A DNA stretch of 64,000 nucleotides from Myxococcota bacterium (lineage in GTDB: Bacteria > Myxococcota_A > UBA9042 > PHBI01 > JAWLBL01). The notes under the pieces are model-generated. The model saw only the letters and a program-made list of their open reading frames with translations, was not told where the DNA came from and did no database searches. Position numbers and translations under genes: made by a program. The DNA is taken from positions 183,660 to 247,659 of the forward strand of contig JAWLBL010000003.1 in NCBI GenBank assembly GCA_041687695.1, in the 5' to 3' direction. Positions within the stretch are counted from its first letter, which is position 1. The number at the start of each line of letters is the position of its first letter. This document shows positions 9,487 to 18,246 of the stretch, in pieces.

Positions 9487-10683
9487 TCAGGCCGCGGGCA
9501 GCAGCTCGGCGTGGAGCCTCGCGACCAGCGCCGCGACGTGCTCGGACGGGACCGTGAACGTCAGCGCGAGGGGGCCCAGCCGCACCGGCGCCGGCTCGCC
9601 GCAGACCTCGCGCGCCAGCGCCATGCTGCGCTGCAACACCGCCGGCTCCTCGCCGAGGCCCGTTCCGACGGCGGTGACCGTCCCGCGATCCTGCCGCACC
9701 CGCACGCGGCCGGGCAGCGTCTCCTCGAGGTTCGCGCAGCAACGTCCCAGCCGGTGCGCGTCCTCGAGCGCCACGATCGCCGTGACCGCCCGCCCCGCGC
9801 CGCCGCCTTCGAGCGCCGTCGGGAAGACGCCGTGCGCGGTCATCGCTTCGAGCGCCGCGCCCAGCTCCTCGGACGACGCCAGCTCGATCTCGGCGACCGC
9901 CTTGCGGTGCGACAACGCCGTCACGGGCCGCAGCTCGCGCGAGGGGTTGGTGCGGACGACCGTCCCCGAGTCGTCGCGCGGGCCGAAGGTCGACTTGGCG
10001 AAGATCGCGATGCTCGCCCGCGCGGCGTACTCGACGCAGTCCTGGTTGAGCACCTTGGAGCCCGTCCGGGCCAGGGCCACCATCTCTTCGGGCGACAGCT
10101 CCGTCAGACGTCTGGCGTCGGGGACCAGGCGCGGGTCGGCCGTGTAGACGCCGTCCACGTCGCTACAGATCTCGCAGTGTTCGGCGCCCAGGGCCGCCGC
10201 CATCGCCACGGCCGTCGTGTCGGTGCCGCCGCGGCCGAGCGTCGTGATCTCGCGCGAGTAGCTGACGCCCTGGTAACCCGCCACGATGACGACCTTGCCC
10301 GCGTCGAGCTCGTCGTGGACGCGGAAGGGGCGCACCTCGACGATGCGGGCGCGGTTGTGGCGCGTGTTGGTGATGATGCCCGACTGCGAGCCGGTGAAGG
10401 ACACCGACGGCAGGCCGAGCTCGTCGAGCGCGATGGCGAGCAGGGCGGTCGACACGCGCTCGCCGGTGCTCAGGAGCATGTCGAGCTCGCGCGCGTTCGG
10501 GTTGGGGCTGAGCGCCTTGGCCTGGGCCAGCAGCTGGTCGGTCGTGCCCGCCATCGCGCTGACCACGGCGCAGACCCGGTAGCCGTCGCGGACGGTGTCG
10601 GCGATCCGCTGCGCGACGCGGCGGATGCGATCGAGATCGGCGAGCGAGCTGCCACCGTACTTGTGAACGACGATCGGCTTCAT
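9487..10683 (-). CDS. lysC: Aspartate kinase
   Basis: [36 protein letters not shown]. Confidence 0.92.
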   Translation of the reverse strand: MKPIVVHKYGGSSLADLDRIRRVAQRIADTVRDGYRVCAVVSAMAGTTDQLLAQAKALSPNPNARELDMLLSTGERVSTALLAIALDELGLPSVSFTGSQSGIITNTRHNRARIVEVRPFRVHDELDAGKVVIVAGYQGVSYSREITTLGRGGTDTTAVAMAAALGAEHCEICSDVDGVYTADPRLVPDARRLTELSPEEMVALARTGSKVLNQDCVEYAARASIAIFAKSTFGPRDDSGTVVRTNPSRELRPVTALSHRKAVAEIELASSEELGAALEAMTAHGVFPTALEGGGAGRAVTAIVALEDAHRLGRCCANLEETLPGRVRVRQDRGTVTAVGTGLGEEPAVLQRSMALAREVCGEPAPVRLGPLALTFTVPSEHVAALVARLHAELLPAA

Positions 10684-10901
10684 CGAAGGGCTCCGACGGG
10701 GGCCTTGGGCCAGCGGGACGCGCGAGCCTTCGAGCGCGGCGCGGGCGGATCGGCGCCAGTCTAGGGCCACCTGCGGGGGCCGCGCGAGAATGCGGATGCG
10801 AGCGCGCGGGTTCAACCCCGGGCCCCACGGCGCTACGGCTTGCCCTGCGTCGGCGGTTGTGCTTTGAAGGGGGCCCTTCACCCAGCCAGCTCGGGAGAGT
10901 C

Positions 10902-12383
10902 ATGGACTTCGCGCTGCATTCTGCCCCGGTCGCGGGGCTCGAGACCCCGCTCCTAGCGGTCCCTGTCTTCTCCGACGAGGGCGCCCGCGGAGACGCGTTC
11001 GCCGCCGTGGACGCCGCCGCCGGCGGGTTGCCGGGGCGCATCGCCGACGAGGAGCAGTTCAAGGCCGAAGCCGGCAAGACGCTCCTGGTGCACACGGGCG
11101 ACGCCAAGGCCCGGCGCGTCCTGCTCGTCGGCGTCGGCAAGGCCGCCGATCTCCAGGCCCCCGAGCTCCGCGCCGTCGGCGCCGCCGCCGCCCGCGAGGC
11201 CAACGACCGCAAGCTGTCCTCGATCGCCATCGCCCTGCCGGGCGACGTGGACGCCAAGGCCGCCGCGCGCTTCCTCGCCGAGGGCGCGGCCCTGGGCGCC
11301 TACCGCTACGACAAGTGGCGCACCCGCGACGTCGAGACGCCCACCTGCGCCAAGGTGACGCTGGTCTCCGATGGGGTCGGCGCCGACTTCGACGCCATCG
11401 TCGCCCGCGCCCAGGCCACGGCCGATGGCGTCAAGCTCGCGCGGGACCTCGTCAACGGGCCGCCGGTCGAGGTCACCCCCGAGTTCCTCGCCGACACGGC
11501 GCGCGGACTCGCGCAGCGCGACGGCCTCGACATCGAGATCCTGGACAAGGCGGGCATCCAGAAGGCGGGCATGAACCTGCTGCTCGCCGTCAACGCCGGC
11601 AGCGACAAGGAGCCGAGGTTCATCCACTGGACCTACCGGCCCGCCGGCGCGGACGCCTCCACCCCCTCCATCGCCATCGTCGGCAAGGGCCTCACCTTCG
11701 ACGCGGGCGGCTACAACATGAAGCCGACCGGCTCGATGGAGGACATGAAGATGGACATGGCGGGCGGCGCCGCCGTCCTGGGCGTGATGGCGGCGGTCAA
11801 GGCCCTCGCCCCCCGCTACGTCGTCCACGGCATCGTCCCCTCGACCGAGAACCTGGTCAGCGGCTCGGCCTTCAAGCCCGGCGACATCTACAAGTCGCTC
11901 AACGGCAAGACCGTCGAGATCATGAACACCGACGCCGAGGGCCGCCTCATCCTGGCCGACGCCCTGTGCTACGCCGAGCGCCTCGGGGTCGACCGGATCA
12001 TCGATCTCGCGACCCTCACGGGCGCCTGCATGGTCGCCCTCGGGCCGCACACGGCCGGCCTGTTCAGCCCCGACGCGAAGTTCTCCGGGCGCCTCAAGGC
12101 CGCCTCCGAGGCGACGGGCGAGGACCTGTGGCCGATGCCGCTGACGCCCAAGCTCAAGGCGATGCTCAAGTCGCCGACGGCGGACATGAAGAACATCGGC
12201 GAGCGCTGGGGCGGGGCCATCACCGCGGCCCTGTTCCTGCAGGAGTTCGTCGGCGACCGGACCTGGGCGCACCTGGACATCGCCGGCCCGGCCTTCGCCG
12301 ACAAGACCGACGCGCACATCAGCAAGGGCGGCACCGGCTTCGGCGTCATGACCCTGCTCGAGCTGCTCGCGGGCGAGGTGTAG
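10902..12383 (+). CDS. pepA: Leucyl aminopeptidase (M17)
   Basis: [44 protein letters not shown]. Confidence 0.95.
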   Translation: MDFALHSAPVAGLETPLLAVPVFSDEGARGDAFAAVDAAAGGLPGRIADEEQFKAEAGKTLLVHTGDAKARRVLLVGVGKAADLQAPELRAVGAAAAREANDRKLSSIAIALPGDVDAKAAARFLAEGAALGAYRYDKWRTRDVETPTCAKVTLVSDGVGADFDAIVARAQATADGVKLARDLVNGPPVEVTPEFLADTARGLAQRDGLDIEILDKAGIQKAGMNLLLAVNAGSDKEPRFIHWTYRPAGADASTPSIAIVGKGLTFDAGGYNMKPTGSMEDMKMDMAGGAAVLGVMAAVKALAPRYVVHGIVPSTENLVSGSAFKPGDIYKSLNGKTVEIMNTDAEGRLILADALCYAERLGVDRIIDLATLTGACMVALGPHTAGLFSPDAKFSGRLKAASEATGEDLWPMPLTPKLKAMLKSPTADMKNIGERWGGAITAALFLQEFVGDRTWAHLDIAGPAFADKTDAHISKGGTGFGVMTLLELLAGEV

Positions 12384-12385
12384 CC

Positions 12386-13063
12386 GTGGCCGGCAGCGTC
12401 AACAAGGTCATCATCGTCGGCAACCTGGGCGCCGACCCCGAGGTGCGCACCACGGCCTCGGGGCAGTCGGTCGCAACTCTGTCCATCGCCACGAGCGAGA
12501 ACTACTCGGATCGCGACGGCAACCGCCAGGAGCGCACCGAGTGGCACCGCGTGGTGCTGTGGGGCAAGCTCGCCGAGCTCGCGCAGCGCTACCTGGCCAA
12601 GGGCCGCAAGGTCTTCATCGAGGGCCGGCTGCAGACCCGCTCGTGGGACGACCCGCAGTCCGGTCAGAAGAAGTACTCGACCGAAATAGTGGCGCGCGAG
12701 ATGGTCTTCCTCGACAGCGGCGGCGCGGGTCAGGGCGCCGGGGCGCAGGGCGGCTACGGCGGCGGCGGCGGCTACGGCGGCGACCGTGGCGCGCCGGCCC
12801 AGCGCAGCGGCGGCTACGGCGGATCCGGCGGCGGCGCTGGCGGCTACGGCGGCGGCGCTGGCGGCGGCGGTGCTGGCGGCGGCGGTGGCGGCTATGGCGG
12901 CGGCGGCAGCTACGGCGGCGGCGCAGGCGGACGTCAGGGTGGCTATGGTGGCGGTGGCGGCTCGGATCGTCCGGCGCCGCGCGGTCCGGCCCCGGCCCCC
13001 GCCCCCGAGCCCCCGCCCCCCGAAGATCCCGGCTACTTCAACGACGACGACATCCCGTTCTGA
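12386..13063 (+). CDS. ssb: Single-stranded DNA-binding protein
   Basis: [32 protein letters not shown], Gly-rich linker, C-terminal DDDIPF. Confidence 0.96.
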   Translation: MAGSVNKVIIVGNLGADPEVRTTASGQSVATLSIATSENYSDRDGNRQERTEWHRVVLWGKLAELAQRYLAKGRKVFIEGRLQTRSWDDPQSGQKKYSTEIVAREMVFLDSGGAGQGAGAQGGYGGGGGYGGDRGAPAQRSGGYGGSGGGAGGYGGGAGGGGAGGGGGGYGGGGSYGGGAGGRQGGYGGGGGSDRPAPRGPAPAPAPEPPPPEDPGYFNDDDIPF

Positions 13064-13207
13064 GCGAGCGGGTCTCGCGGCCTCGTCACGAGGGCTGCTC
13101 ACCGCACGGCCCAAACAGACCAAGGGCCGGCCAGGTCTCAGCGACCCGGTCGGCCCTTCGTCGTTTCGAACCCACGCTCCGAGCGGCCGGCGCGCACGTC
13201 GGCTCGC

Positions 13208-15031
13208 TCAATTGACCCAGCTGGGCTCCGCGGGGCCCTCGCCGCGCGCCGGCCGTTCGTCGTAGGTCCGCGCCGGCTCGTCGTCCGCGGCCCACGCCGG
13301 GTCCTCGTCGGTGGCGGCCTCAGGCTCGGGCACCACCACGGGCGCCGCGGGGCCCAGCGGATCCCAAGGCAGCGGCCCCAGCGCGTGGCTGTCGCTGACC
13401 GCGCGCAGCGCCTCGATGAGCTGCGAGGTCAGCGGGCCCAGCGTGGACTTGTCGAGCGCGCTCAGCGGCACGGCCTCGTGCACGCGACACAGCGTGGCGA
13501 GCAGCGCCCGGTCGCCGACCGCGTCGGTCTTGTTGAACGCCAGGATGCGCGGCTTTTCGTGCACGCCGAGGTCCCGCAGGATGCGATCGACCGCGTGGAT
13601 GCGGTCCTCCCAGCCGGGCGACGCCACGTCGACCACGTGCACCAGCACGTCCGCGTCGTGCAGCTCCTCGAGGGTGGCCTTGAAGGCGGCCACGAGATCC
13701 TCGGGGAGCGCCCGGATGAAGCCCACCGTGTCGGTCAGGACCAGCTCGCGCTCGTCGGGGAACCGCAGCCGGCGCGTGGTCGGGTCGAGGGTCGCGAACA
13801 GCTTGTTCTCGGCCACCACGTCGGCGCCGGTGAGCGTGTTGAGCAGCGTCGACTTGCCGGCGTTGGTGTAGCCGACGATGGCCGCGACCGGGACCTGCTG
13901 GGTCTCGCGCCGCCGGCGCCGTTGCTGGCGCTGTGCGGCCAGCTGATCGATCTGCCGCTGCAGGTGCGTGATGCGGTCCTTGGCGCGGCGGCGGTCGATC
14001 TCGAGCTTCGTCTCGCCCGGCCCGCGGCCGCCGATGCCGCCGGTCAGGCGGCTCATGGCGCTGTTCTTGCCCGCCAGGCGCGGCAACGTGTACTTGAGTT
14101 GCGCCAGCTCGACCTGCAGCTTGCCGTCGCGCGTGCAGGCGCGCTGGGCGAAGATGTCCAGGATCAGCTGGGTCCGGTCGATGACGCGCGCCTCGGTGAC
14201 GTCGGCGATGCTGCGCACCTGCGAGGGCGACAGATCGCGGTCGAAGATGATGAGGTCGACGCCCTGCTGCATCGCGGCGAGGACCAGCTCGTCGAGCTTG
14301 CCGCGTCCGATGAGGAAGCGCGGGTCCAGCTCACGCCGGCGCTGGATGACCGTCTCGACGATCTCGACGCCGGCCGTCGCCGCAAGCTCGGTCAGCTCGC
14401 CGAGGCTCTGCTCGACGTCGGGCTCGGTCGCGGCGCCCGTCGTGACGTGCACGGCGATGGCGCGGGTCGCGTGGACACCGGCCCGCAGGACGGCGCCCTG
14501 CGCGGCGAAGCGCTCCTCGAGCTCGTCCATGAGCTTGAGGAAGTGCAGCTCGAGATCGTGGATCGGCTCGGGCCGCAGCACCTCCCACGGCACGTCGGAC
14601 GGTCCGGGCGGGATGCAGTGGGCCAGCTCGAGCGTCGTCGCGCGCCCGTCGTCGTCGACCTGCAGCACGCCGATGAGGTCGAGCTGCAGCAGGGTGAGGT
14701 CCGTCAGGTCGTCGCGCGTCAGCGGCTCGCCGCCGAGGTGCGTGTGGATGAGCCGGACGCCGCGGAAGCGCCCCTGGCCGGCGCGGTGGCGGCCGAGGTC
14801 GGGGAGGAACAGCTTGTGGCCGTCTCCGACGATGACGTGCTGGACGCGCCCGCGTCGATCGACGAGCACGCCGACCTGACGCCGGATCTCGCGCGAGATG
14901 GCGCCCATGAACTGGGCGAGCTCGGCCGTGATGACCTGGGCGGGCGGCACGCTGCGGCGGAAGATGCGCTCGAGCGCGTGCTTCTGGTGCGGCTTGAGAC
15001 CGGTGACGTTCCCTGTGACGTTGCTGGCTAT
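13208..15031 (-). CDS. hflX: GTPase HflX (long form), probable ATA start
   Basis: GRGPGETKLE, VGYTNAGKSTL, LFATLDPT, DTVGFI, NKTD; N-terminal GN..GLK and R..HTH motifs of long-form HflX; start position inferred. Confidence 0.92.
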   Translation of the reverse strand: MASNVTGNVTGLKPHQKHALERIFRRSVPPAQVITAELAQFMGAISREIRRQVGVLVDRRGRVQHVIVGDGHKLFLPDLGRHRAGQGRFRGVRLIHTHLGGEPLTRDDLTDLTLLQLDLIGVLQVDDDGRATTLELAHCIPPGPSDVPWEVLRPEPIHDLELHFLKLMDELEERFAAQGAVLRAGVHATRAIAVHVTTGAATEPDVEQSLGELTELAATAGVEIVETVIQRRRELDPRFLIGRGKLDELVLAAMQQGVDLIIFDRDLSPSQVRSIADVTEARVIDRTQLILDIFAQRACTRDGKLQVELAQLKYTLPRLAGKNSAMSRLTGGIGGRGPGETKLEIDRRRAKDRITHLQRQIDQLAAQRQQRRRRRETQQVPVAAIVGYTNAGKSTLLNTLTGADVVAENKLFATLDPTTRRLRFPDERELVLTDTVGFIRALPEDLVAAFKATLEELHDADVLVHVVDVASPGWEDRIHAVDRILRDLGVHEKPRILAFNKTDAVGDRALLATLCRVHEAVPLSALDKSTLGPLTSQLIEALRAVSDSHALGPLPWDPLGPAAPVVVPEPEAATDEDPAWAADDEPARTYDERPARGEGPAEPSWVN

Positions 15032-15171
15032 GGCTCGACTCCTGTGGCCGCCGAGGGCGAAGCGCGATCTGCGACGCGCCCCGCGGCGGAGCGCCCTGGA
15101 AGTGGCGGACGTCCCAGCATAGTCACCGATTCCCGGGCTGGAAGGCCTTCGCGCAGCGCCGCGGCCCGCAT

Positions 15172-16680
15172 CTATTGAAAGGCCTTGTGGATCTCGCGCC
15201 GGATCGGCAGGGGAGGGCGGGTGCGGCGTGCTTCGCGGAGCACCGCGAGGGCCTCGAAGCGCTGCCCCTCGCGCAGCAGGTAGCTGCCCAGCTTGAACAG
15301 GATCTCGGGGTCGCCCGGGGATCGCCGCAGCCCCTCGCGCAGGTACGCGATGGCGTTGCGGTGGCGCAGCTGCAGCGCGTTCAGCTCGCTGAGGAACACC
15401 AGCGTGTCGCGATACCCGGGGCTCCCCTCCCAGACGCGCTTGAAGAAGGCCAGCGCGTCGTCGTACCGGCGCAGCAGCACGTAGGTGCGCCCCAACAGAT
15501 AGTGGGTCTCGAGATCGTCCGGGTACAGGTACTCGTTCTCGGTCAGCACCTTCTCGGCCTTGTCGGGCTGATAGTTCTCGATGTAGGCCTTGGCCAGCGC
15601 TCGCCGAGTCTCGATGTTGCGTCGGTCGGCCTCGAGCAGCCCGGTCAGCGTCTCGATGATCTCCTGGGGCAGCTTGCCGCGCGTGCTCAGATAGGCCTCG
15701 CGCTGTGTCGGCTCCGGGTAGTGTCGCTCGGCCTTGTCGAAGAACCCGATCAGCGCGCGCACGTCGGGTTGGTGTCCCCACGCGGCCAGGGACTGCTGCA
15801 GGGTCGCCAGAGCCTCTCCGAGCCGGCCCTGCCGCGCGAGGATGTCGGCCAGCAGGTTGAGGGCCAACGGGAACGCCGCGTTGTGCGCCAGCGCCTGCCG
15901 CGCCTCGGCGGCGGCCTGATCCACGTCGCCCAGCCGCTCGTGCAGGACGGCGGCGAGCCAGTGCAGCTGGGCATGGAAGTAGTGGTTGCCGTGGATGAAG
16001 GCGAGGCGCCCGGCGCGCTCGTCCTCGGGCGCGGCCGCCATCGCCCGTGAGACCAGCGCCAGGGCCTCCTGGTACTCGGCCTGCCCGAGCCGCTGGTAGG
16101 CCTGCTGCGCGAAGCGCTCGGCGCGCGACCGGTGCTCGCCCCAGGTGTTCGGATTGGCCGAGAGGTAGTGGTGGCCCCCCGCCTCGGGATCGCCCTCGGG
16201 GGCCCCCACGCGGTGCTCGACGACCCGCCAGCCGTCGTCGAACTGCCTGACGGTCATGGTCACGCGGCTCCAGCCCGCCGAGAGCGTCCCGTTGTGGAAC
16301 AGGTCCTCGTGCCACTTCAGAAAGGACACCGACACGGTCCGGCGACCGCCGTCGGTCCCTGTGATGGCCGGCTCGACCAGGCGCAGCCGCGTGCTCGCGA
16401 GGAGGTCGAAGCGCGGCGAGTCGAGGAGCTCCACGAACAGCGGCGACCCCTCGGGCGCCAGCCCCAGGATCTCGAAGGGGTTCCGGCTCTCCCACGCCGC
16501 CTGATAGCCCGACAGCAGGCGCTCCATGGCCCGCTGCTGGTCGGCCGCCACGTCGCCCTGAGCCCGCCCGGGCCCCGCGACGACGGCGACCAGGGCCGAC
16601 GCCAAGGCCGCCAGCGCGGCGAGCAGGGACGCCATGCGGAGGGTCCGGCTGGGCCCATCGAATCGCAGGGTGCGCGGCAT
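15172..16680 (-). CDS. Exported protein with NTF2/SnoaL-like N-terminal domain and TPR repeats
   Basis: Signal peptide (..GPGRA-QG); Y.AAWE..N and GWRVVE NTF2-like pattern; repeated TPR motifs (YLLGRTY..., FKLGSY); alternative ATG at 16635. Confidence 0.7.
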   Translation of the reverse strand: MPRTLRFDGPSRTLRMASLLAALAALASALVAVVAGPGRAQGDVAADQQRAMERLLSGYQAAWESRNPFEILGLAPEGSPLFVELLDSPRFDLLASTRLRLVEPAITGTDGGRRTVSVSFLKWHEDLFHNGTLSAGWSRVTMTVRQFDDGWRVVEHRVGAPEGDPEAGGHHYLSANPNTWGEHRSRAERFAQQAYQRLGQAEYQEALALVSRAMAAAPEDERAGRLAFIHGNHYFHAQLHWLAAVLHERLGDVDQAAAEARQALAHNAAFPLALNLLADILARQGRLGEALATLQQSLAAWGHQPDVRALIGFFDKAERHYPEPTQREAYLSTRGKLPQEIIETLTGLLEADRRNIETRRALAKAYIENYQPDKAEKVLTENEYLYPDDLETHYLLGRTYVLLRRYDDALAFFKRVWEGSPGYRDTLVFLSELNALQLRHRNAIAYLREGLRRSPGDPEILFKLGSYLLREGQRFEALAVLREARRTRPPLPIRREIHKAFQ

Positions 16681-16901
16681 CACCACCCCACCCTAGGGGG
16701 CCCTCTGGCCCGCGACAAGCGACCGGGCCTTGGCGACGCGCCTCGGTTCCTTCTCCAGAACCGCGCCCCGAACGCGTGTGATTACAGGCGCTTGGGTGGC
16801 CCGCAACGGCCTTGTGTCGAGCCCGTGATTCACGGATGATGTCTCGCCTGACGGCGGTCATCCGTACGCGCGTGATAACGCGCCGGCGCCGACGTCGCGC
16901 C

Positions 16902-16929
16902 TTGACACCCCCAGAGGGCGGCCTATAAA
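16902..16929 (+). promoter_or_regulatory. Sigma70-type promoter of the barrel/protease operon
   Basis: TTGACA-N16-TATAAA about 60 nt before the GTG at 16989. Confidence 0.65.
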
Positions 16930-16988
16930 GCCTCTCCCTCTTACGGCCGACGCCCCGCGCATCGTCGGCCACAACAGGTGGACTGACC

Positions 16989-18134
16989 GTGACATTCCGA
17001 ATCCCAGGCTTCGCGGGCCGCATCGGCCGCGCGGCTGCGATCGGGGCGCTCGCCCTCCTCGCCACCCCACCGGCGCTCGCCGGCGAGGCGGCCGACGTCA
17101 AGGGCGAGCAGGTCGCCCAGGCCGACAGCAACTCGGCCACGAGCAGCACGTCCGCCGTCAACCAGCCCGGCGCGATCCCGGTCGCGGCGCCCAGCGCGTT
17201 GCGCGCGATGCTCCGCGTCGACGCCTCGGTCGGCGCGGGCTCCTTCGTGAGCGGCGTCCAGAACAACACGGCCTTGTCGACCGCCTGGACGCCCACGCTC
17301 AGCTACGGGCTCACCGAGCGGGTGACCCTGTCCGGCACCATCGCCGCGGCGATGTACCACATCAACGACACGACGGTGCCCTTCGAGAACGGCCGCGTCC
17401 TGCTCTCCGACGCCTCGCTCGGGGTGGCGCACAGCAAGATCTGGGGCTGGTCGCCCGAGACCGAGGCGGGCGCCCCGGCGTCGGGGGTCAACCTGAACCT
17501 GTCGGGCGCCTTCCGGCTCTACCTGCCGACCTCCGAAGCGTCCTTGATGCAGGACCGCCTCTTCTCGATGCGTCCGACCCTGACGTTCGGCGCCAGCTGG
17601 GGACCGCTGTCGGCCGGCTGGACCGCGGGGTTCATGAAGTACTTCATGACCTCGAGCAACCCCTCGATCGACTGCGAGGAGTGGGCGGCCTCGGGCGAGT
17701 GCCTGTCGGGTCGCGGCACCGCCCCGGGCGGCCGCTTCGAGAGCGAGCGCCGCGGCGGCGAGGTCTACCTCCCGTCCGCGGGCGTCAACTCGTTCTACGT
17801 CATGAACTCGTTCTCGCTGGGCTGGCAGATCGTCGACGGCCTGTCGCTGGGCGCGTCGGCGACGGTCTTCAACATCTTCGGCGTCCGCGCCTTCGAGGTC
17901 GACGACATGTCTTCACCCAACGCGCGGTCGGGCCGTGCCCAGACCGACCGCCTCGTCACCGACCTCGGGATCACCTACCGCATCGTGCGGCAGCTGTCCG
18001 TGGGCGCCTCGCTGTCGACCGACACGGTCCAGCCGTTCGGCGCCAACGGCGAGGACTTCGTCTGGCAGGGCTTCTTCGGCCGCGCCTCGGACAACATCTC
18101 GTCCGTCAACTTCTCGATCATCGGTTCGCTTTGA
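16989..18134 (+). CDS. Predicted outer-membrane beta-barrel protein
   Basis: Signal peptide ending ALA; many amphipathic strands with aromatic ends; C-terminal strand VNFSIIGSL; LSD..LG and LYLPTS motifs. Confidence 0.7.
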   Translation: MTFRIPGFAGRIGRAAAIGALALLATPPALAGEAADVKGEQVAQADSNSATSSTSAVNQPGAIPVAAPSALRAMLRVDASVGAGSFVSGVQNNTALSTAWTPTLSYGLTERVTLSGTIAAAMYHINDTTVPFENGRVLLSDASLGVAHSKIWGWSPETEAGAPASGVNLNLSGAFRLYLPTSEASLMQDRLFSMRPTLTFGASWGPLSAGWTAGFMKYFMTSSNPSIDCEEWAASGECLSGRGTAPGGRFESERRGGEVYLPSAGVNSFYVMNSFSLGWQIVDGLSLGASATVFNIFGVRAFEVDDMSSPNARSGRAQTDRLVTDLGITYRIVRQLSVGASLSTDTVQPFGANGEDFVWQGFFGRASDNISSVNFSIIGSL

Positions 18135-18246
18135 CGCGAGGCCTTCCAAGCGCTCGCCACGACGTTCGTACTCGCGTGCTGGCCCGGGACGCCAGCCACG
18201 CCGACGGCTGGGTCCCGGTGACCCGGTCCCTGCAGGAGGTTCGCTG

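Noticed and set aside
10684..10901. Lysine riboswitch upstream of lysC
   Set aside because: No recognisable L-box conserved motifs; short divergent intergenic region shared with pepA
13208..17296. 1362-aa HflX fusion ORF
   Set aside because: The upstream part is an off-frame read through the TPR gene with Arg/Pro/Gly-rich junk composition; the real HflX begins at ~15031
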